NCBI GenBank assembly: GCA_036785375.1
Contig: JAWMAR010000234.1
Location: forward strand, 3,534,001 to 3,598,000
DNA: 64,000 nt
Direction: 5' to 3'
Origin: Leucoraja ocellata
Lineage: Eukaryota
Shown: positions 25,509 to 35,716 of the stretch, piece by piece
How the letters are laid out: every line of letters begins with the position of its first letter
Position numbering within the stretch: position 1 is the stretch's first letter
Position numbers and translations under genes: made by a program
The notes under the pieces: model-generated
The model's database searches: none
Told to the model about the DNA's origin: nothing
Seen by the model: only the letters and a program-made list of their open reading frames with translations

Positions 25509-26141
25509 ACCAGTTTGAAATGACTTGTTTAATCAGCTCCTGGTGATCACTCTCAATGTAGATTTTGAGCTCAAATAGCCTTTGACTTTTGACCCTCTGA
25601 CTCAGATATGATCAATGACAGTTGTGTCACACTACAGCCTATTCTTGAGCTCCACCATATCTTCAACTATTTCAAGTTTGATAGGTTGTCATCACTGTCA
25701 CATCAGTGGTCACATGAGGAAATGGTTACTAACCGAAAACCAAATCAATTTAAGACCATTTTAATTGTGCGGCCAAACCTATTCAAACAGTTAAATTATA
25801 TCAAATTGCTGTCTCTGATATGCATTAATTGTTTCATCACATAAGTCATTTAATCTGCATGTTAATTCCTTTCCCAAGTGTTATCAGACTGCTTGAGACA
25901 GTTTCATTCAGGACATCATAATGACGGCCAACAATTGCAGCAGTTTTCTCAAAGGACGATTGTAATTCAGAATACTTTGCCACAAATGGTCTTCGGGGCT
26001 AAGGTTATGGGATGACTTAATCTATGTATGTTAAGAAGAATGTGAAATGTTGTAGCGAGATGGTACCAGAGCAAATTTGTTCATATAAAAAACAGAACTA
26101 CTTGAGAGATGTCATTCTTCTGTGACCTAGTTTCTTTCACT

Positions 26142-26204
26142 ATTTATTGTCATATGTCCCAAAATGGAACAATGAAATTCTAACTTGCAGCAGCACAACA
26201 GATA
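26142..26204 (-). mobile_element. Rex1-type 3' tail, cut by a Helitron insertion
   Basis: TTTATTGTCATATGTCCC..GGAACAATGAAATTCT..CTTGCAGCAGCACAACAGA matches 16443-16501. Confidence 0.7.
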
Positions 26205-26600
26205 TCTATATAACTAAAACTCTCATCTTGTTTGTGTGTATGCATATATGTGTGTGTGGGTGTGTGTCATCTGGGCACAATCTGCTTGATTCTCATTTCC
26301 TTACAATTGCTAGGCCACAGCCTTCCCAATATCACACATTCTACTCACATTTTTCCCCACGAGGCGATAAATGTCTTCCCGTCGCATTCCCACATATATC
26401 CGAACTTTTTAACCCTTTAAAGTTTTAAAAACAGCCCAAAAACTCACCCATTTCGGGGAAAAAAACCCCGAGTGACGTCACAATGTCCGTCCGGGAGGGA
26501 GGGGCACACCAGCTCACCCGAGTGACGTCACAATACACTCGCGAAGCAGTACGGGGCACAGCGGCTGCCGGCGCCCAACACCTGGTGGCACCGCATACTC
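26205..26600 (+). mobile_element. Non-autonomous Helitron, 5' portion
   Basis: Host A then TCTATATAACTAAAA (Helitron-type 5' TC end); body homologous to the 10129 and 53593 copies; no CTAG 3' end seen. Confidence 0.7.
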
Positions 26601-26699
26601 AACATACCGCATACCTCAATCAGCCAACATATTCCAGATATTTTTAACTTGCTCAAAAAAAAAATCAGTTTTAAGACCTTTAACATATGAATCTTGTTT

Positions 26700-26843
26700 T
26701 CAAGAGAGAGTTAGATTTAGCTCTTAGCGCTAAAGGAATCAAGAAATATTGGGAAAAAGCAAGAACTGTGTACTGATCATATTGCTGGCTCGAAGGGCCA
26801 AATGGGCTACTCCTACTCCTGCACCTATTTCTCTGTTTCTATG
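26700..26843 (+). mobile_element. CR1 LINE 3' end
   Basis: CAAGAGAGAGTTAGATTTAGCTCTTAG..GCTGGCTCGAAGGGCCAAATGG..CTCCTGCACCTATT..TTTCTATG; matches 18577-18736. Confidence 0.85.
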
Positions 26844-28023
26844 AATCCCTCTGTTGCCCAACCTGGCTCACCATGGTCATTTATTGCACACACAAGTCCT
26901 TTATGTCATATTCTTCTAACACTGACAACGTATTTGACCCCTCGTTCTTTCACTTCATTGTCAGCAACCGCTTTTTCAACAAGTACAGCCTGATCTTTGC
27001 AGCTTTATTCTGCAAACTTCTCTTTCATTACCTCTCCCTGATTTCAAAAGCTTTTTAAAGATCTTTCTCCGCAGCCACGGTTTCATTTACTTTAAAAGCC
27101 CCTGGTTCCTTCTCTACCCTCCTGTTTCTTGTCCATTTTTTAGTCCATCACTTTGTAAATAAAAATGAAATATTATCTTGTACAGGACTTTAACAGAAGT
27201 GTGAGTTAGTTGAATAGTTATTAGTAATCTTGGAGTTTCTTGAATTTTTACTGGTTCAAAAAAATCTTATTTACATTTGTATGTTCACAAGTTACTGCAT
27301 AAATGGGCAAAGCAACTGCTAATACAGTGTATAAATGACAGTTAGTGTAACATAAGATATGATGTATACAACTTTTATATTACTTTCTGGTAGTAATATG
27401 TGATCAAACAAAACGTTACTAAAAGTTGTAACTTGTGTTGGAATAAAGGATCAGTTAAAGAGAAGAATGGAAGCATTTTAGGGTGAAAGTAACGTTTTCT
27501 AAAGGTGAACTGCTAGGTATATCTTAAAAGCATTCCTCACCTCCTGTACAAAGAACCAGACCTTATTATTTGTGTTATTATGAAGGACTGCAGAGGGCCA
27601 TTCTGACTTTTTTCCTTCCATTCATAATGTTTATGTTCATAGTCACCTGGATGTCATAAATTCACCACTTTTAAGTTGTTGTAACAGGTTTTTTTGATTG
27701 TGTAAGAACAACTGTGTTCGTAACGTTCACATTTGGATTTACTTTAACTTACCTCCCCCTTCTGTAACTTAGGACAGGGCATTTTCAAGTTATAATCAGG
27801 CATTTTTTAATATTTTTCATTAAAATGCATTGATTTTTAATTGTCCAAGATTCTAACTCTTGAGTGACTTGCTGGTTGGCAACTCACGCCGTGACCTTGT
27901 TCATGAAGCGTGAAAATGTGAGAAAATTCCTGGTATCTCTTTCCCACAATATAATTAATTGACAGTATGGGCAGCATTGTTTGATTTGATGTACAAACGT
28001 GACCAAAAACAACATTGTCTTAT

Positions 28024-28119
28024 TTGAAGAAGGGTCCTGACCTGAAATGTCACCCATCCATGTTCTCTAGAGGTGCTGCTTGACCCGCTGAGTTACACCA
28101 GCATTTTGGGTCTTTTTTT
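28024..28119 (+). mobile_element. Short Penelope-derived element (decayed hammerhead)
   Basis: TGAAGAAGGGTCCTGACCTGAAATGTCACCCATCC..GCTGCTTGACCCGCTGAGTTACACCAGCATTTT. Confidence 0.7.
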
Positions 28120-28439
28120 GCTTATTAATATCAGTAATGTTGCTAGCAATATGAAGTGAAATGTTTTATTGAGAAGCAATGTTAAGGAGCATTTTAATTT
28201 TGGTTTAATTTCCATTCGTCACTTCCTCTCTACAGGGTTTGGATTGAATTCCCTGGAGTAACAGGCGCCTTCTGATACTGTATGAGCAGCAATGCAACAG
28301 GTGTTGGCAAATCCGTTCATTGCGCCTGCTCTGCCATTGTTTTTGCAGATTACTAATTGCACTAGGAAGTGTGATAGGAATGAAATAGGGTGCTCCGAGC
28401 TAAATAATACTTGTGGTACAGGAGAATAAAAGTCAGCTG

Positions 28440-28565
28440 TTGGACAGGTTAATGGTTGGCATCGATTTAGAGGGAGATGCGCCTAATGCAGGCAGGTTGG
28501 ACTAGTGGGGCATCTGGGTTAGCATGGACAAGGTGGGCTGAAGGGACTGTTTCTGTGCTCTATCA
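28440..28565 (+). mobile_element. CR1-type 3' tail
   Basis: TTTAGAGGGAGATG..GCAGGCAGGTTGGACTAG..GCATGGACAAGGTGGGCTGAAGGGACTGTTTCTGTGCTCTAT. Confidence 0.7.
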
Positions 28566-28879
28566 TTGTTGTAGAGAACAGAAGGCAGTTGTGTCCAAAT
28601 CTTTTGGATTGAGGCGGATGAAATCCTTGTAATTCAACCACTAATAGCTCTGTTCATTTTGCCTTTAGGTAAAATGTATCTGTTTATGAAGTCCTGGCAT
28701 CTCTCTCAGGTGGTCCAAATTAGGTTGGATTATTATTCATAAAAATCTATCTTGAGTGCTGTAGACTGAAAGACTTTGAAAATAAAATGGTTGACAATGT
28801 ATATAGTTTGAGAGAGAGAAAGAACAGAAACGGGCCTATTAAAACATGCCCATTTAAAACATTGTTCCAACAATGTATC

Positions 28880-29140
28880 CCTCTTGGGATCACACTGTCC
28901 CAAGCCAACAATCGGCCTATTGGAACCACCCTACCTGATGTAATCTGTTGCCGGCCCTGATTTGTCCTGGTCTTTTCTCGCTTCCAGTTCCTCCCCCCCC
29001 CCCCCCCCCCCTACAATCAAACCGAAGAAGGGACCCAACCCCAAACTTTACCTATCCATTTTCTCCAGAGATGCTGCCTGATCCTCTGAATTACACCAGC
29101 ACTGTGTCTATCTTTGGTATAAACCAGCATCTGCTGTTCA
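28880..29140 (+). mobile_element. Penelope-derived 3' region with poly-C tract
   Basis: C-rich leader, then GAAGAAGGGACCCAACC..CCTATCCATTTTCTCCAGAGATGCTGCCTGA..AAACCAGCATCTGC. Confidence 0.65.
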
Positions 29141-30223
29141 TTTTCAGGTGTTCCACTAATATTTCAGTTCCTGTTGTCTGGAATTCTCATTCTTAACCCC
29201 CATTTCTCTCTCCTCCTTTAGGGTGTTCTTTGAAACATTCATCTGACTAATTATTTGTCATCAGTTCATCTTGCGTGACTCAGTGACTACAATAATGATG
29301 GTAAATAATGTAGGTTTCCCTGTGAATTATTTCTGTTGCTTTTTGGGGGAAAGAGTGTTGTGAAGTTTTAAAAAAAATAAGAAGAATTAACAAGAAATGT
29401 TTTCTATTTACTGGTCAAATAGAAACATTGGCTTGATGTAGCATAGCCTAAAGTGCAAATTCCACGCCGTATAGTTTGAAGAGCAGAGAAAATAAGAATA
29501 AACATATGACGGGCATCAAGCTTGCCAAAAGAATAATTATATTTTACTACCAATAAACCCGAGTATTACTTTAAATATGTAAAAACAAACAAAAGCGAAG
29601 TTATAAAACACAAAAGATTGGCAACAATCAAATTATACATCAAAAATCCCTGGCTAATGAGCATTTTTAAAATAAATCCAGTAACATGGATTCCTTTGGT
29701 ATACCTCAAATTATTTATTCCCAAAATAAACATATGTTACCAATTTCATTAACTTCCCCTGATAATTTATTCTAGCTTGATAGAGTCCTGTGGAAAAGTA
29801 GTTCCACCTGACTTCATCTTCTTAATATTTAACTACATATATGAATTCCTCACAACACGAAACTTGGATAAAGCGTGGATCAGCTTTATTAAGTTTCCTT
29901 AATAATTTTTAAGTCTTCCATTTGGTGAGGTCAGTACTTTTTCCAGAAAATAAATTTCCATAATCAGTTTTTTTAATTCCTGAAACTCATAAAAGTTGTT
30001 GCAAGAGGATAAAAGTATTTGGAACAGCAATTAATTAGCATTCATACAACTTATTTATAATTGGTTCTCTGTTCCCTGCTAAGACAAAAACACACATTTG
30101 TTTCAAGTTTTTCAAGTAAGGAAAGTATCAAGGTTCTCTAATTTACTACAATGCTTTTTAAACATGTACTCCGCTTTTGGTTCCAGTTGTTTAAAAAATA
30201 CATTCTCATTGAAAGTCCATAAC

Positions 30224-30445
30224 AGTTTACAGTTTAGTTTATTGTCACGTGTACCGAGGTACAGTGACAAGCTTTAGTTGCATGCTATCCAGACCTGGAG
30301 GTCTGAAATAAAAACAGAAAATGCTGGAAACCTATTTTATTTTTGTGGCTGAGTGTTAACCCTGTTTCTCTTTCTCCAGATGCTGCCTGACCTGCTGAGT
30401 TGCTCCAGTATTTTCTGCTTTTGTTTCACACTTTTAGCATCTAAT
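30224..30445. mobile_element. Rex1-type tail (30224-30293, minus) abutting an old fold-back Penelope-derived element (30296-30445)
   Basis: TTTATTGTCACGTGTACCGAGGTACAGTG; TCTGAAATAAAAACAGAAAATGCTGGAAA and its inverted counterpart CTCCAGTATTTTCTGCTTTTGTTTCA. Confidence 0.6.
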
Positions 30446-31930
30446 GGTTTAGTTATTTAATAATAATTAAAGCCCTGATTTTACCTCCACGTGCAAGGAT
30501 TGTTCAATTAGTAAGCCCAGGGAAGATCAGCGTAGAAATTTTTACTCCCAGATTTCGTTTTACGGTTGAAGGTGAGGTTTTCTCTCAAACCGGAAGTGAA
30601 ACGTTTATGCATTGCACCATTGGGATTTTGGGTGACACAAGGTTGTTGCAAGGGATCGGCAACTCAAAGCTAAGTGATGAAGTGTGATTGTGAGTGCATT
30701 GAAGTCTAGGGTGACTATGATAGTCACTGGTCAGCTGCTCCCTTGCAGAAGATGGTAAGCTGCAAACGGTCAGATTATTCTTCGAAGATCACAGCTTATA
30801 ATGAGAACGATCTTTCTGCTATTTACTTTAACCAATCCACAGAAGTGCCGTCCCTACCCTGAGCTTATTGAGGCTTTCAACTGCTTCTTGAATTATTTCA
30901 AATATTCCAAATGTACACTCTGTTATGCAGAAAACTATTGCAGCCATTAGTTACCCTTGGCGTGAAGAAATGCATCCTGTTCACCGTCCTAACTCATTGT
31001 TCTACTCTTTAAGAGATCATGAGTTGAGGTAATATTATTGTTAAGAATGACTTCTCTCCAGTAGCAAGATCAGTGGCCAGCAACTACCATTGATCTTGCT
31101 ACCATAATAAATTCTAGGCTGGGGAGAGCTGTACAACCACACAGAGAAAGGGGGGAGAATCAGCATCCAATACGAGGAACTATACCATGGGGTCCTGGTC
31201 TGTTACTGAATGGAGCAGCCATTGTTGATCCTGAACAATGGTCCACACACTCTCCCTGTCTGCCCAGTGCAGCCCTGAGCTCCACAAACCAGTACCAATT
31301 GGTCACTCCACTCTCCCATCCCACCTAACATCAGCCCTTCCAGTCTTGTGTCTCCTCACTGAGATATGAGATGATCCATCGTTGGATTCACGCCAACATT
31401 CCAGCAAAACGGCATGCAGCGATGGAAAGAGAAGAGATTCACAACATGGTGCCAACTTAGCAATGTGGAAATCACAAGTTCACACCATGTTCTCAGCTCT
31501 CAGTGACATATCTATTTACATAAAAGGCTCTAATGACACCCATTATCACTCCTGTGAATGCATCCTGCATGCAAAGTGAGGTACCAGTGTACTTCAAGAT
31601 TTGTATACAGTTTATATTCTTCTTTGTATTATACTCATGGCAATAACATTGTCATGGTTTGATTCTTATGACATAGTTTAAGCTACCCAATGGTAATTGA
31701 AAAGCAGCATTGGCATTTGGTATCATTAGCTTATGTTTAGAAAACAGGTTATTTTACACATATTACTCAAATGTTGCTAAATAATTTTGTTAAAGGCAGG
31801 CTATAATGCTATACATGAAAAGTAAAGTATAACTTCAAGTTATTACTTTAGAAGAAAATCCAGTTTTTATAAGTTTAAGAACTGATTCCTCAGTAATTAC
31901 TTAAGTGGCAGACAATACCAAATACCAACG

Positions 31931-32399
31931 GTGGACGGCGGCACCGGGAGCCCGCGGGTCCCTGGAGGGAGACCGCTTTTCAGGGCTCTCGCAACGGCGA
32001 CTTCCCCCGCCCGAGTTTCGGGGTTGAAGAGCTCCTGGAGCGGGGCCTACATCACTGTCCCGCGCGGCTTGGAATGGCCGCGGGACTCTGCGAGCGCACG
32101 CCGGGGGCTCTAACAGCAAGACCCGGTGTGCGACCTCGCACCACCCGGCGTGGCTTTAATGGCCGCGGGACAATCGCCATCGCCAGCCAGGGGCTTTGAC
32201 TTTGACTCTGACATCGGGGGGGGAGAGTGCAGTGGAGAGATAAGTTTATTTGGCCTTCCATCACAGCAATGTGATGGATGTTTATGTTAATTATGTTGTG
32301 TCTTGGGTCTATTTGTTTGTAATGTATGGCTGCAGAAACGGCATTTCGTTTGGACCTCAAGGGGTCCAAATGACAGTTAAATGTATCTTGTATCTTGTA
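31931..32399 (+). mobile_element. Young GC/CpG-rich non-autonomous retroelement with LINE-like 3' tail
   Basis: Abrupt CpG-rich block; 3' hairpin TTTGGACC-TCAAGG-GGTCCAAA, TGACAGTTAAA, (TCTTGTA)n tail; related tails at 13262 and 21330. Confidence 0.75.
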
Positions 32400-32819
32400 A
32401 ATAATGACAAAATAGCCTGAAGACATTAAGCCTTTTTATTTCTGGTAGGTCAAGTGTAAGCATAAATTATCTAAAATACCTTAAAATTATTACCCAATTC
32501 CTGCAATGAAACCCAGCCCATTCTAATGTTCCTGTAAGTATATCCAGAGGATAGGCTCACAGCTGGAGGGAAGAAAGGAGTACGCTAGCTGTTATTTTTC
32601 CACTGATTTTGCAGATTAGCACATCCTCAAACTTGCTCCACCTTTTTGAGTATGGAGAATTAGGTTCAGACTTCTTATTCTTCATAGTCTTTGCAAGACA
32701 ACCGACAGGCACTCTCGATACAGCAGGAACGAGCAGTTAAACGACTAAATGCTGCAAATGGACAGCAAGTCAGACGGCATCTATAAAGTGGGAAACAGAA
32801 TTAAACTTTCATCAGGGAA

Positions 32820-32995
32820 AAGGTCGGGTCCCCCTTACAGGGAAGAGATTTGAAAGTCCCCCCCCCCGCGCCCCCACATATACACAGCTAAAAATAATAT
32901 ATAAACTACAACCAAAACATGCACAGCAGTATAAAAAGGGGGAAAAAAGAGAGACGGACTGCGGGGGCCGCTGCCACGAGGCGCCGCCACTACCA
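32820..32995 (-). mobile_element. Probable 5' end of a SINE-like or non-autonomous retroelement
   Basis: Minus strand starts AGTGGCGGCGCCTCGTGGCAGCGGCC..CAGTCCGTC, then T-rich and G-rich tracts; assignment from recall. Confidence 0.45.
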
Positions 32996-35624
32996 AATCC
33001 TGTGCCAGGAGCAAATTTCTAGAGTGCCACTAAATAAATATTATTGCTTCCCTCTGGGGAGAGTCCATTTCCAGTGTTGTATCTCTGAATATTAATAGTA
33101 ATATTCACTAGAGTTTCTAAGAACATGGAAACTGAATCATTGCCTAAATTTTGGCATTTGTTTAAAAGTATTTTGTTCTGAAGATAAAATGTTTTAATAC
33201 TTTCGGGAAACGATTTGGAATAGCTGAAAAATAGGATTTTTTATAAAGCTAGAAATACTGTACCACGTTTTGAGGTTGACCATAAGACGATATGAAATCT
33301 CTGGAGATAGTACAATTGAGTACATAAATTATCTGCGTCCATTTGCTTTTTGCATGCCTTTGTGATTTATCTTCTCTACTTCTTCCCCCTCTATATGATT
33401 CTCCTAGCTTATAGGAATAGTAGATTTTTTTCAATTGTACAATTCGGCAAAATAAATCATTCATTGCTTCAACATTGTGTCCACAACTGAGCCTTACTTC
33501 AGGAAAATGAAGTGGGTAGGAGGTTTCCAATTGAGTTGAATAAGCAGATGGGATCTGCTGTTGCGGAGTTTATCATTGCAGATGGTTTAGTTTAATCCCA
33601 AGCCTGCACTATGTTTGAACCACATCATTTCGCATACATTCACAACCATGTGCATGTGGTATCTTTTATTCCTCGTCCCCAGATTTGCTTGCTTGATAAT
33701 ATTTCATACAGAAGTATTAAGTAATCTGATCCAGCTTCGATTTCTCTAATCTTTACTTAGTTGACAACTGTTATAAAGACAGCACCAAGTGTAAATATGA
33801 GCATCTGAAGGCTACTAGAGAAGGAGAAACTTAACTGAATTATTAATCTTGTGTTGTGCAGTTAGTTAGTTGCTCTGAACCTCTCAATGTCTTTGAGTTA
33901 TTTAAATGGTACTAAAGCTATTTTAGTGCATTGAACATTGGCAGTTTCTACTAAACCTGCTGTGTTATATGAAAACTGCATTTGCATCTGTCCTAAATTG
34001 GTGGAGCTGGAGTCTGTTTGATGCTCTGAGCAAAATTGTTTAACAGTTGTAATGTGTTTTGTGACAGATTTAGATGACGGTTAAAAATTGATAGGAGCAT
34101 AAGTTCATTTCAAAAGGCCATAGGGATACCAAAGATGATAAATGGATTGTTATATAGTGTCCTCTGATGGAAAGGGTATGGATGTTGCACCCAAAAATAC
34201 CGGCTGTTTTTCTCGACAGAATTGTGGCAGAGCAGACATCAGGAGCTTCCATTTCGCACCCTGGTTTGTATTTAGCATCAAACAATCAAAAATGCTGTAA
34301 CTTGGATGTTCACCAGAGATAGTGGATTGGAATAACAATTGCTTCTTTGCTCCGTGAGGAAAAATTGGCACTTTAACCCAATGGCCTCATGCTGGCAAAC
34401 AAGATAATCTTGTATTAGATGGTAAAACAAAGTGCCATAATTAACGGGGTGCCCAAAGGTTTCTGGGCTGGGACTCCATCACAGAAGCCTGAATGGGCCC
34501 GATCTCTGTTCCTCAGAAGATGTCTATGTTAGGTTGTTCCTTGCATTTACTTTACTGAGCGATAAGGAAATGAGATAGTTAAGGGACTTTTACAGAAACG
34601 TATACGACCGCCCTGTCTTGAACTTGTCTCATATTCGCAATATGCCTGGACCTTGCCCGGTCATGCCCAATCATAGTTTTGCACCTTGGGTTGGAACATG
34701 GAATTTTTGGATCCCTCTCAAATTTGCTGGGTTAATTGCTGCAATCCTGAATGATTTCCCAGAGGAAATTCAAGATATTTTTGTAATCGTGCAGAGGGAA
34801 TGTTGCCTTCTATGAGGCTCAGGCTTAACGTGACCTAAAGAGTGCATCACGCTGGGAGAAAAAACATCTCAATCACAAAGCTACGTTCTTCCCCACAGGA
34901 TCCTGTTAAAACATAAAATGACAAGCTCTTCTCTGAAATTATCCTTTGCAGCTGGGCCAGGGCAAGGTGATGGATTCAATCCCATGATTTAGAGTTAAAG
35001 CTGGATTTTTTCAGCTGTATGCAAATACTTATAGCCCTTCAATTTAGCATGATGCAAATCAAAATATTGTTGGTATGCCAACAAGTAAATGAAAAATATC
35101 TGTCGAACTGTGCTTCAGTGATACACTCCTCGACAGCCCCTCTGACAGGTTGAAAATATAGCCACGTCTGTACACCGATCTTGTATAAAAACAAGCAAAG
35201 GCATTGGCTGGAATGGTAGCTGCAGATGGTCCCAACATTCCTTTCAATTTTACTGGTGGTAAATTCCAGTATATAATATCCTGCAAGGTAAAATGTAAGT
35301 AAACTTTTGATGGGGTTATAGGGCTCTGCCTGTATGGCTGCAAAGTCATTTATGAAGAAGATAGACACAGAATGCTGGAATAACTCAGCAGGACAGGCGG
35401 AATCTCAAAATATATGAATTTTGGCCAGACATTCAACACGTTTCTACATTTCCAATTTTTATATCTCACATTTTCTCAAACTACTTGTTTTTTGGGAATT
35501 ATCTTTATAAGCAAATAATTATAATTCATTTTTCTAAACATTATTACAATAGTAAGGAGAGGTTTTAATTACTGCCTTATGATATGGGATGATACCAAAG
35601 TATGTTCAGAGCCAAAATGGTTTG

Positions 35625-35716
35625 AAGGGTAGACAAAAATGCTGGAGAAACTCAGCGGATGAGGCAGCATCTATGGAGCGAAGGAATAGGTGACGTTTTG
35701 GGTCGAGACTCTTCTT
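35625..35716 (-). mobile_element. Short Penelope-derived element with exact 12-bp TSD
   Basis: CAAAATGGTTTG at 35613-35624 and 35717-35728 flanks an inverted copy of the 13887-type element. Confidence 0.85.

Noticed and set aside
29400-30050. Possible L1/Tx1 remnant (KLAKRIII-like)
   Set aside because: Too degenerate to support a call.
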